A stretch of DNA of 37,876 nucleotides from a virus: positions 1 to 37,876 of IMG/VR virus record IMGVR_UViG_3300045988_094983; one strand, 5' to 3'. This document shows, one piece after another, positions 17,503 to 24,484 of the stretch. A program made the translations under genes and the position numbers. The stretch's first letter is position 1. Each line of letters begins with the position of its first letter. The notes under the pieces are model-generated. The model did no database searches. It saw only the letters and a list, made by a program, of their open reading frames with translations, and was not told where the DNA came from.

Positions 17503-17952
17503 TTATTTATCTCCTATTATTTCTTTTAAAATATCTATTTTTCCAGTCGCGACAATATCTCTTATTGTATTACATACTAAAACATTTTGGCTTTTAAATT
17601 CTTTTTGTTTTTTAGCATAATCTTCTTTTAATAAGCTAAATTTATATTGTTTTAATTCTTCTATTTTATCTTTTACTTTTTGAATTGGAATATAATTTTC
17701 ATAAATTATTTGCTCTGACTTTTGTTGTTCTTCCATCCTTCCTCTTATATATGCTTCTTCTTGAATATTTCTATACTTTATCGCTGTCATTTCATCTAAA
17801 TTTGGTGCTAACATTATATATTCTTTTAATTCTTCATTCTCCTTCTGTAGTTTTTCTATTAGATTTAATATTGTCTTTATTTGTTCATTATAACAACCAT
17901 CAAATCTCCACAATTCATCAATAGCTTTCTTTTTTTCCTCACTTATTTTCAT
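17503..17952 (-). CDS. Coiled-coil early protein, paralog of 10288..10698
   Basis: 149 aa. Shares NLIEKLQKENEELK and IQKVKDKIEELK with the paralog, and a DNA segment of about 50 bp (17821-17871 vs 10511-10560). Confidence 0.45.
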   Translation of the reverse strand: MKISEEKKKAIDELWRFDGCYNEQIKTILNLIEKLQKENEELKEYIMLAPNLDEMTAIKYRNIQEEAYIRGRMEEQQKSEQIIYENYIPIQKVKDKIEELKQYKFSLLKEDYAKKQKEFKSQNVLVCNTIRDIVATGKIDILKEIIGDK

Positions 17953-18029
17953 ACATAGCCTCCTAAATTAAATTTTAAGCGACTTTATATTTTAACTATA
18001 TAGTTTGTTGTCTTTTATATAAAATCGCC

Positions 18030-18608
18030 TTATTTTGTTGTTTTTGATTGTTTTAGTAATATTTTATATTCTATATTTGTCTTACTTGAAACTGCATTTT
18101 TATTATACTTAACACAACTATATATATATCCTTTACTTCTACCTAAAAATAAAGAAGCTTTTGTTTGACTATTAAATTCTATTCTTTCTTTATTATTATA
18201 TAATACTATACTCTTTTGTGGATATTGATTATTTTCAAAACCATATCTTATATTGTCTGCTCTAGACATCCACTCTAAATTGTTAACACAATTATTTAAT
18301 CTGTTGCCATCTTTATGATTTATAGTCATATTAGTATCTATCAAATTTTCTAAGAATGTAGTTGCTACGAGTCTAGCAACTAATAACGTTTTTGGCTTTC
18401 CATCCTTCCATAAATCAACTCTATACCCCATTCCTTGCTTAGATTTTTGATTAGAGGTTGTAAATGGTTTAAATGATAATATTCTATCTTTCCAATGTCT
18501 CAAACCATGTTTTTTAGTAAAAGTTATTTTGTTATGTGTCCTAACTCTTCCTAAATTGCTAACTTGATAACCATTATAATTTGGTATGTCTTTCCATATT
18601 TCTTCCAT
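18030..18608 (-). CDS. HNH homing endonuclease (NUMOD4 + HNH_3 type), free-standing
   Basis: 192 aa: WKDIPNYNGYQVSNLGRVRT (NUMOD4-like) and INHKDGNRLNNCVNNLEWMSRADNIRYG (HNH). Located between ssb and the next early gene. Confidence 0.8.
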   Translation of the reverse strand: MEEIWKDIPNYNGYQVSNLGRVRTHNKITFTKKHGLRHWKDRILSFKPFTTSNQKSKQGMGYRVDLWKDGKPKTLLVARLVATTFLENLIDTNMTINHKDGNRLNNCVNNLEWMSRADNIRYGFENNQYPQKSIVLYNNKERIEFNSQTKASLFLGRSKGYIYSCVKYNKNAVSSKTNIEYKILLKQSKTTK

Positions 18609-18641
18609 TTATATTTCTCCTTTATATCAGATTTGAAATAA

Positions 18642-18741
18642 ATAAAAGGACTTATATAAATATGTTCAATGCAGTTTTTATTGTCGAGATAAGCCCTGCA
18701 AAGAGCATACTTATATAAATCCTTTTTACTTATCTCGACAA
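18642..18741 (-). other. Structured intergenic element with interleaved complementary segments A-B-A'-B'
   Basis: A 18644-18664 pairs with A' 18706-18726 (19 of 21 bp). B 18681-18693 pairs with B' 18729-18741 (13 of 13 bp). The arrangement implies a pseudoknot or two alternative hairpins. Confidence 0.5.
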
Positions 18742-18775
18742 ATATATTATATCACTTATTTATAATTTTGTAAAG

Positions 18776-19102
18776 CTAGAAAGGAAGTGAATTGGAAGAT
18801 TCTTCTTCATAATCTTGTTCATTCATTATTCCTTCCCTTTCAATCTGTTCATCTTCTGTTGTATATTCTTGTACTACCAATTTAATATGTGTTAATCCGT
18901 TTTTATCTTTATAAAAACTCATAAATCCTTTTGTTATTTCTATTTTTGTTTTGTCTTGTACTCCCTCGTTTTTTACGAATTGTACTGAAATAAACATACT
19001 TTCCCATTCACCATTTATATTTTTTTGACTTATTTTTGTTGAATAAGCCACCTTACCATTAAATTCTTTTGCATATATTGTGCATTTCCCTGATATATTC
19101 AT
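18776..19102 (-). CDS. ssb: Single-stranded DNA-binding protein
   Basis: 108 aa of OB-fold size with an acidic C-terminal tail ending EEESSNSLPF, like the bacterial SSB ...D(I/L)PF tip. Adjacent to Erf. Confidence 0.65.
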   Translation of the reverse strand: MNISGKCTIYAKEFNGKVAYSTKISQKNINGEWESMFISVQFVKNEGVQDKTKIEITKGFMSFYKDKNGLTHIKLVVQEYTTEDEQIEREGIMNEQDYEEESSNSLPF

Positions 19103-19633
19103 TTATTTTCCCTCCAACATTAAATTTAAACATTTTTTTACTGTATCATCTCCATTTTGATATAGCCAATTTGCATAGTTTTTTTCATTTTCAACAATTT
19201 CTTTTATTGTTTTTCCTTTGTATTTTCCAAAATTTATTTTATATTGTTCTGCTTGTTCCTTAGTTGTTATTTCTTCTTTTTCAAGTCTTGTTAAACTTGC
19301 ACCATCGTCATCTTCTGTTGCTAGTCCAAAAGCCATTAATAAACTGTATCTTCTAGCATACGTTAATGCACTACCTTGCTCTTGTGCTGGATTTTTTATT
19401 CCGCTTAATGTTGCGTCTACTACTTTACATCCTCTTTTAGGCTTTTCTTCCCATTTCCCATCTATATATCTATATGTTAATATATAATCTTGCCCATTTA
19501 TTGAGTTAGTTTCTATTTCTTGATAATATTTCATACCATTTTTTTCTAAGTAATTATGTATTTCTGATAATTCAGTATATTTATATCCATAACCTTCTTT
19601 ATTCTTTTTTAATACTGTTTCTTTCTCTTCCAT
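19103..19633 (-). CDS. Erf-family single-strand annealing recombinase
   Basis: 176 aa. YKYTELSEIHNYL... and QEQGSALTYARRYSLLMAFGL are characteristic ERF motifs. Confidence 0.75.
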   Translation of the reverse strand: MEEKETVLKKNKEGYGYKYTELSEIHNYLEKNGMKYYQEIETNSINGQDYILTYRYIDGKWEEKPKRGCKVVDATLSGIKNPAQEQGSALTYARRYSLLMAFGLATEDDDGASLTRLEKEEITTKEQAEQYKINFGKYKGKTIKEIVENEKNYANWLYQNGDDTVKKCLNLMLEGK

Positions 19634-19782
19634 TATTTTTCTAACCTCCTTTTAAATTCTTCATCTAATAAAGCCAATTGTTTTTTTATTGTGTTAAATT
19701 GTTTTAATAATATCACACGTTCATATACAAGTTGCTTTTCGTCATATTCGTGTATAATATTTTCATATTTATTTTCATCCAT
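19633..19782 (-). CDS. Hypothetical protein (49 aa, below the ORF-track cutoff)
   Basis: Hand translation gives MDENKYENIIHEYDEKQLVYERVILLKQFN...; AGGAG RBS; TAATG overlap with the erf start. Confidence 0.3.
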   Translation of the reverse strand: MDENKYENIIHEYDEKQLVYERVILLKQFNTIKKQLALLDEEFKRRLEK

Positions 19783-19836
19783 AATAGCCACTCCTAAATA
19801 CTATATTATTTATATCAATTAAATCTAAATAATCCA

Positions 19837-20169
19837 TTAATCAACATCCTCCCAACATCTTCCCCAATTTTTGAAATACCAATCTACAAATTTTTGTGCA
19901 AATTCTTCATCCTTTACTTTGTCTTGTATATCTTTTAATGCAAATGGTAAAGCTTCATCTTCATACACTCTTTTCACTCTGTTTTCTTCAATTCTTTGAT
20001 AAAATTTTATTTTACCCATTCTCTTTTCCTCTTTTCTTTTTAATTTTTTTATTTGCTCTAATAATTCATCTTCATATCTATATTCATCACGTGTCCAAGT
20101 ATCTTGCATTTGTAACATAAATAATTTATTTTCTAGTTCTTCTAATTTAGACATTTTCATCATCTCCAT
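19837..20169 (-). CDS. Hypothetical protein (start more likely the ATG at 20154)
   Basis: 110-aa ORF. The internal MSKLEEL start has a GGAG RBS and overlaps the upstream stop. Confidence 0.4.
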   Translation of the reverse strand: MEMMKMSKLEELENKLFMLQMQDTWTRDEYRYEDELLEQIKKLKRKEEKRMGKIKFYQRIEENRVKRVYEDEALPFALKDIQDKVKDEEFAQKFVDWYFKNWGRCWEDVD

Positions 20170-20395
20170 TATTTCTTAAATAGTCTATAAAATCTTCTTT
20201 TATTTCTGCAAGTTTCTTTTCCCACCATTTTCTAGTTCTTTTCATTTCAGTTTCTTCTTCAATAAAATTCAATTTAAAATAATATATTTCTAAATCTTCA
20301 AGTGTTTCAATTGTTTTTTCTATTAATTCAACAGCTTCCATATATTCTTCTTTGTTTGTCAATTTATAAATATCAATTAATTTTAATTTACTCAT
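20147..20395 (-). CDS. Hypothetical protein
   Basis: 82-aa ORF in the array. Confidence 0.4.
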   Translation of the reverse strand: MSKLKLIDIYKLTNKEEYMEAVELIEKTIETLEDLEIYYFKLNFIEEETEMKRTRKWWEKKLAEIKEDFIDYLRNNGDDENV

Positions 20396-20414
20396 AAATA
20401 AACCCCTTTCTTAC

Positions 20415-20642
20415 TTAATTTAATAAAATTTTACATTCATTTGATAAATTGTTTGTTAAAAATTCAACATTGTTTTCTAAAACTTTTATTTGTTCTCTAT
20501 TTTCTTCTGCATTTTTTAAAAGTATCAATATGTCGTGTAAATACAATCTATTTTTTTCTTTATCTTCTTCTAAAGCTTTTTCTGTAGTTTCTAAACTTTC
20601 TTTTAATATAGCATTAATTCTTTTTTGTTCATTCAAAAACAT
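20415..20642 (-). CDS. Hypothetical protein
   Basis: 75-aa ORF with AAAGGGGGA RBS. Confidence 0.4.
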   Translation of the reverse strand: MFLNEQKRINAILKESLETTEKALEEDKEKNRLYLHDILILLKNAEENREQIKVLENNVEFLTNNLSNECKILLN

Positions 20643-20659
20643 AATAAATTCCCCCTTTC

Positions 20660-20782
20660 TTATCTATATACTGTTATATGATTTAACATAAATATCATTG
20701 TTTTATATGTTGCAAATATACTTAAACCATAAATTGTTGCAAATACAACACTTTTTCTTATAAAATTATATATTTTATTCAT
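20660..20782 (-). CDS. Small hydrophobic peptide (40 aa), tentative
   Basis: Hand translation gives MNKIYNFIRKSVVFATIYGLSIFATYKTMIFMLNHITVYR. GGAGGA RBS. Contains two copies of tatttgcaaca. Confidence 0.25.
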   Translation of the reverse strand: MNKIYNFIRKSVVFATIYGLSIFATYKTMIFMLNHITVYR

Positions 20783-20794
20783 TTGTTTTTCCTC

Positions 20795-20920
20795 CTATTT
20801 AAAAATTTTCTTTCTTATGTATTCACTTAATGTCATATTTTCTTTTTGTGCTTTTTCTTTTACTTTTTCTTTTTCTTCTGGTCTGCATTTTATTATTATA
20901 TTTGATGTTTTATATGCCAT
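20795..20920 (-). CDS. Ribbon-helix-helix (CopG/Arc-like) protein, 41 aa; first gene of the early operon
   Basis: ORF 20795..21010 trimmed to MAYKTSNIIIKCRPEEKEKVKEKAQKENMTLSEYIRKKIFK. This start has a GAGGAGGG RBS, and the longer N-terminal extension contains the promoter. Confidence 0.5.
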   Translation of the reverse strand: MAYKTSNIIIKCRPEEKEKVKEKAQKENMTLSEYIRKKIFK

Positions 20921-20945
20921 TTGTTTTTCCCTCCTCTCGAATATT

Positions 20946-20974
20946 ATATTAACAAATATATTAACCTTTGTCAA
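20946..20974 (-). promoter_or_regulatory. Sigma-A-type promoter (TTGACA-17 nt-TAATAT), candidate early promoter
   Basis: The minus strand reads TTGACAaaggttaatatatttgtTAATAT, about 25 nt upstream of the RHH gene RBS and just downstream of the late terminator. Confidence 0.45.
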
Positions 20975-21010
20975 TATTTTTCTTAAAATTTTTTTTGATT
21001 TTTTTAACAT

Positions 21011-21041
21011 AAATAAAAAAGCCTATAAACTATAGGCTTTT
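21011..21041 (-). terminator. Rho-independent terminator after the endolysin gene (end of the late operon)
   Basis: GCCTATA-aac-TATAGGC hairpin followed on the minus strand by TTTTTTATTT. Confidence 0.7.
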
Positions 21042-21064
21042 CGGTATGATATTTTTTTATTTAA

Positions 21065-21796
21065 TTATTTGGCTCCACCTTTCCATCTAACATAACCACA
21101 TTTATATCTATTTGTTCCATCTATTTTATATCTTACAAGTGGTCTATCATTATCTATGCTTAAATATTCTGCTACTTCTCTTGGATTTAATGAACCTATT
21201 TTTTTTGTCAAACTTGTATCTGCATATACTGGCTCTGGTGTACTTCCATTAATATATTGTCTTGCCATTTCTAAATTTCCTCCTTTATTTTCTATTTGTT
21301 CTACTGGTTTTGTTTGTATTTCTAAATGTTCTCTTATTTTATTTAAAAATCTTTCCCAGCCCATATCTAATGTCCTATGTGGACAATATTTATTTGCAAA
21401 ATCTTGATGTTTATATACTCTATCTATTCCCCAATTATATTGTTTCAATAACATTGCTACATAACTTGCACATAAATCTTCTGCTTCCTCAAATTGTTCT
21501 CCACCAGATTTTGAATAACAAATTTCTATATTTATTTTATGAGCATTTCCTTTTCCATATCTTCCATCTCCAGCAGCATAGCAACTTCTTTCAAATGGCA
21601 AACCTGTTACAACTCTATAATTATCTACTGCAACATGAAATGATACTTTTTCTGGTCTACCAAGCATATATGATATTTCTGACATAGCTGAAGCATCGTT
21701 TGCTGTATTATGAATACATATTCCATCTTTTTCTGTTATGTCTGGACATTTTATAGCATATTTGCTTTCTGGACATATTACATTAGTTATTTGCAT
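21065..21796 (-). CDS. Endolysin: N-acetylmuramoyl-L-alanine amidase (Amidase_2/PGRP) with a C-terminal SH3-like binding domain
   Basis: The ORF track starts at 21826, but MQITNVICPESKYAIKCP... (ATG at 21796) has the RBS. HNTANDASA...HVAVD...KYCPHR are amidase_2 zinc-site motifs. The C-terminal 60 aa are SH3b-like. Confidence 0.8.
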   Translation of the reverse strand: MQITNVICPESKYAIKCPDITEKDGICIHNTANDASAMSEISYMLGRPEKVSFHVAVDNYRVVTGLPFERSCYAAGDGRYGKGNAHKINIEICYSKSGGEQFEEAEDLCASYVAMLLKQYNWGIDRVYKHQDFANKYCPHRTLDMGWERFLNKIREHLEIQTKPVEQIENKGGNLEMARQYINGSTPEPVYADTSLTKKIGSLNPREVAEYLSIDNDRPLVRYKIDGTNRYKCGYVRWKGGAK

Positions 21797-21905
21797 TATC
21801 TTCACCTGCCTCGTATTCAGTTTCAAATGTATTTTCTTTTATGTTTTTCTCATATAATTCTTGAGAAAATTCTACTGTTTCTACTTGTATATTATCTTCT
21901 CCCAT
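21783..21905 (-). CDS. Small acidic protein (40 aa), tentative
   Basis: Hand translation gives MGEDNIQVETVEFSQELYEKNIKENTFETEYEAGEDNANN. AAGGGGGA RBS. Lies between holin and endolysin. Confidence 0.3.
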   Translation of the reverse strand: MGEDNIQVETVEFSQELYEKNIKENTFETEYEAGEDNANN

Positions 21906-21906
21906 T

Positions 21907-22110
21907 TTAGTTATCCCCCTTTTTATAGTTTATATTAGATATACCTAAAATTGCCCCCATAAATGTTGTTATTGCTGTCATTATTGTTAATACTATATCA
22001 GTACAACTTACATTAAAGCAATTCAATATTACACCAACTAACGTTGTTAAGGCTGGTAATAATACAAGTGTAATCCACTTTAATACGTCATATACTTTAT
22101 TATTAAGCAT
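21907..22110 (-). CDS. Holin
   Basis: 67 aa with two hydrophobic helices (WITLVLLPALTTLVGVIL, IVLTIMTAITTFMGAILGI) and a charged C-terminus, immediately upstream of the endolysin. Confidence 0.7.
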   Translation of the reverse strand: MLNNKVYDVLKWITLVLLPALTTLVGVILNCFNVSCTDIVLTIMTAITTFMGAILGISNINYKKGDN

Positions 22111-22139
22111 ATTGTATCACTCTCCTTTCAATTACCTGT

Positions 22140-22148
22140 ATTATATCA
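22140..22148 (-). promoter_or_regulatory. Candidate extended -10 promoter (TGaTATAAT) directly upstream of the holin RBS
   Basis: The minus strand reads ttaTGaTATAATacagg, about 30 nt before the ATG at 22110. Confidence 0.3.
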
Positions 22149-22154
22149 TAAAAT

Positions 22155-22205
22155 GCAAAAAAATAACAGTAGTATTTTATATCTTCTATAAAACTCACTG
22201 TTATT
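22155..22205 (-). terminator. Rho-independent terminator-like hairpin upstream of the holin gene
   Basis: AATAACAGT...ACTGTTATT (9 bp, extended by an inner TTTTAT/ATAAAA pairing), followed on the minus strand by a run of 7 T. Confidence 0.5.
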
Positions 22206-22262
22206 CTAAATTTGAATTATTTAAAAGGGGTCTTTGTATGAATTTATTATGCTTTCTCATTT

Positions 22263-22291
22263 ATTATAATATAATTATATTAAATTGTCAA
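22263..22291 (-). promoter_or_regulatory. Perfect consensus sigma-A promoter (TTGACA-17 nt-TATAAT)
   Basis: The minus strand reads TTGACAatttaatataattatatTATAAT, starting 2 nt after the tRNA-like CCA end. About 100 nt downstream it meets the terminator at 22155-22205. Confidence 0.5.
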
Positions 22292-22293
22292 AT

Positions 22294-22367
22294 TGGAGGC
22301 AAGTAGCTGTACCGCCCAGCTCTCTTCTTGATTTGCAGTCAAGACGACTTCTTTTGTCCAACTTGCC
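22294..22367 (-). tRNA. tRNA-Cys-like element (anticodon GCA) with non-canonical D and T loops
   Basis: 74 nt. Perfect acceptor stem GGCAAGT/ACTTGCC, discriminator U and encoded CCA (as in tRNA-Cys). Anticodon stem TCTTGA/TCAAGA with loop CTGCAAA. The D loop AAAAGAA lacks GG, and the T loop is GGCGGTA rather than TTCRANY. Confidence 0.5.
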
Positions 22368-22406
22368 ATATACCATCTTGCCAATGTCGACAAAATGGTA
22401 ATTAAT

Positions 22407-22850
22407 TTATTTAGGAGTAGTTGTATAATATAAAAACACTTTATCTTCCTTTCCGTCTTTATCTAAGATAAAATTCTTAGTATATTTTACATACATATCA
22501 ATATTATCTTCAAATAAATCCTGAAAATCATTATAAGCAGAGTTCATGACTACCCAAAAATCTATATCTCGAATATTATTCAACCCATTTTGTACTTGAA
22601 CTTGTCTTGTTTGTTCTAAAGTCCAATGCATATGATATGGCTCCATTTTTGATATTATATTTTTTGCCATTTCTTCATTTAATACTTTCCCATAAGCCAT
22701 CGTATACAATTTCATGCACTTTTTATCATACCATTCGGGGTCACAATCTTTAACTTTATAAATAGCTTTGTCAAGCATATCTGATAATTCTTCCATATCT
22801 TTTCTGTCGCCTTTTTCAATTATTCTTTCCAAATATTCTTTAATTTTCAT
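22407..22850 (-). CDS. Hypothetical protein (moron cluster)
   Basis: 147-aa ORF, last gene of the cluster. Confidence 0.45.
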   Translation of the reverse strand: MKIKEYLERIIEKGDRKDMEELSDMLDKAIYKVKDCDPEWYDKKCMKLYTMAYGKVLNEEMAKNIISKMEPYHMHWTLEQTRQVQVQNGLNNIRDIDFWVVMNSAYNDFQDLFEDNIDMYVKYTKNFILDKDGKEDKVFLYYTTTPK

Positions 22851-23064
22851 TGTTATTTCTCCTTTCTAGCAATTTGTCTTGCTTTTTTAAATGTTCACTT
22901 AAATCGTTCAATAATTCATCTTGTTTATGTAAATGATTTTGTACTTCTATAAGTATTTCTTCAATTCCATTTGTTTGAGTTCTATTTTCATCAAGGTTTA
23001 TTACTGCAATTCCAAAAGCTAATATTGTTAAAAAGTCTAATATATCAAATTGTTCATTGTTCAT
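22840..23064 (-). CDS. Hypothetical small membrane/coiled-coil protein (moron cluster)
   Basis: ORF track 22840..23127 trimmed to MNNEQFDILDFLTILAFGIAVINL... (ATG at 23064, TAATG overlap with the upstream stop). Confidence 0.4.
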   Translation of the reverse strand: MNNEQFDILDFLTILAFGIAVINLDENRTQTNGIEEILIEVQNHLHKQDELLNDLSEHLKKQDKLLERRNNNEN

Positions 23065-23468
23065 TATTTTATTTCCTTTATTTTTGCATTTGTTTCGGTT
23101 ACTACTGTTGTTGTTGGGCAAGCACAATCTAAAGAATTAAATACAACGAATTGTCCGAGCGTATAGGTACTGTTTTCATTTCCATAGCCTAAACAATATC
23201 TGTATCTTTTTCTTAATTGGTTTGAATATACTTGATTTCCATATTTGCATAAAACTGGTATGTTTCCGCTTGACGTTTGAATATATACCGGTAAACTTGC
23301 TGTAGCTTTTACTCCGCAAGCAATTATTAAATTATATTTTCCTAAATTCTCTAAATTGGCAAATGTTATTGGTCTGTTTGGTATCAATACAACTCCTGTT
23401 GATGTAGTTGTTGCACTTGATACTGTTATTGTGTTACAATTACAATTATTACAGTTATTACAACTCAT
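23064..23468 (-). CDS. Cys-rich protein (MSCNNCNNCNCN N-terminus), function unknown
   Basis: 134-aa ORF with AAAGGAGAA RBS. Repeated CNN motif at the N-terminus and further Cys residues at the C-terminus. Confidence 0.45.
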   Translation of the reverse strand: MSCNNCNNCNCNTITVSSATTTSTGVVLIPNRPITFANLENLGKYNLIIACGVKATASLPVYIQTSSGNIPVLCKYGNQVYSNQLRKRYRYCLGYGNENSTYTLGQFVVFNSLDCACPTTTVVTETNAKIKEIK

Positions 23469-23487
23469 ATTTATTCTCCTTTCATTT

Positions 23488-23519
23488 ATAAAATAAAGCG
23501 TAAGATAATTCCTACGCTT
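23488..23519 (-). terminator. Terminator-like hairpin inside the moron cluster
   Basis: AAGCGTA-n10-TACGCTT followed on the minus strand by TATTTTAT. Confidence 0.4.
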
Positions 23520-23566
23520 TTAGTCAACTTATAATTTATATAAGGAAATAGGAATACCTATTATTT

Positions 23567-24214
23567 TTAATATAATGTGTTTCCACAACCGCAACCATTA
23601 TTATATGCAAAATATGGTGAGCAAGTTAAATAAGATGGCACGGGTGTAGGTCTTACTGCTGTAATTATTTGGTTAGCAAGATTTGCACTATTAAGAGCTA
23701 AATTACTTGTATTTACTTGTTCTCTTAATTGTTCTATTTTATCTTGTAGTAATTGATTTCTTGTTGCTTCTCCCTCTGCATGTATAGCAGTTTCTAGGTT
23801 ACAGCAACAACTTGCAAGTTGGCTAGATAATGTTTGTGTTTGAAGTGCATTATCATATCTGCTTTGTAAGATTTCTTTCTGTGTTTCACAGCAACAAGCT
23901 TGTGCTTGTGCACTAGCATTGGCAAAACCTAATTGTGTAGTATATCTGCTTTCCAAGACATCACGTTGAGTTTGGCAAGCACTGTTTGATACATTCTGGT
24001 TAGTATTGAATATATCACGTTTAATAAATTCTTCGCCAAGTAATGTATCGTTAGCTACTGCTCCTCTATTGCCCCAACCGAAGCCTCCTCCGAATCCTCC
24101 AAATAATCCACCGATTACTAGAAGACCAATAATCCAGCTCCAGTCGAAAGCATTGCCATCTCTGTCCTTAGTTAGTGCCATAATATCCCCAGCACTTAAT
24201 CCATTTCCATTCAT
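23567..24214 (-). CDS. Gly-rich membrane protein with CCC triplet repeats, function unknown
   Basis: 215 aa. WIIGLLVIGGLFGGFGGGFGWGN hydrophobic/Gly segment. Three related repeats (ACQTQRDVLESRY, CCCETQKEILQSRY, CCCNLETAIHAEG). C-terminal NNGCGCGN. Confidence 0.45.
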   Translation of the reverse strand: MNGNGLSAGDIMALTKDRDGNAFDWSWIIGLLVIGGLFGGFGGGFGWGNRGAVANDTLLGEEFIKRDIFNTNQNVSNSACQTQRDVLESRYTTQLGFANASAQAQACCCETQKEILQSRYDNALQTQTLSSQLASCCCNLETAIHAEGEATRNQLLQDKIEQLREQVNTSNLALNSANLANQIITAVRPTPVPSYLTCSPYFAYNNGCGCGNTLY

Positions 24215-24271
24215 ACTATTTCCCTCCTTTTTTATAAAATATTTATATTAACACTTTTTAAGTGATAATAA

Positions 24272-24484
24272 CTAAAATACTTTTAATATTGTTTCTAATT
24301 GTTCTTTATTTATATTATTAGCATTGCAATAATCAGCTATTTTTTGTGCTTGTTCTTCTTTCGATGTTCCTTTCATACTATTTATTAGTTGTTTTTGCTG
24401 TGGATTTGCCATCGACATTATGAAGCTTTCCTTGTTCGGTGCTTGCTTGAATTGTTGTAGCAGACTCATTAGATTTTGGTTCAT
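24272..24484 (-). CDS. Hypothetical protein (moron cluster)
   Basis: ORF track 24272..24490 begins at a TTG. The ATG at 24484 (MNQNLMSLLQQFKQ...) has an AAGGAG RBS. Overlaps the 3' end of the upstream ORF by about 105 nt. Confidence 0.4.
   Translation of the reverse strand: MNQNLMSLLQQFKQAPNKESFIMSMANPQQKQLINSMKGTSKEEQAQKIADYCNANNINKEQLETILKVF

Noticed and set aside
20921-21010. N-terminal extensions given by the ORF track for several genes (20795..21010, 21065..21826, 25713..26030, 35999..36382, 22840..23127, 16764..17195)
   Set aside because: The upstream starts lack an RBS and overlap the preceding gene or a promoter. Internal ATGs with GGAG-type RBS and stop/start overlaps (TAATG, ATGA) give more plausible starts.
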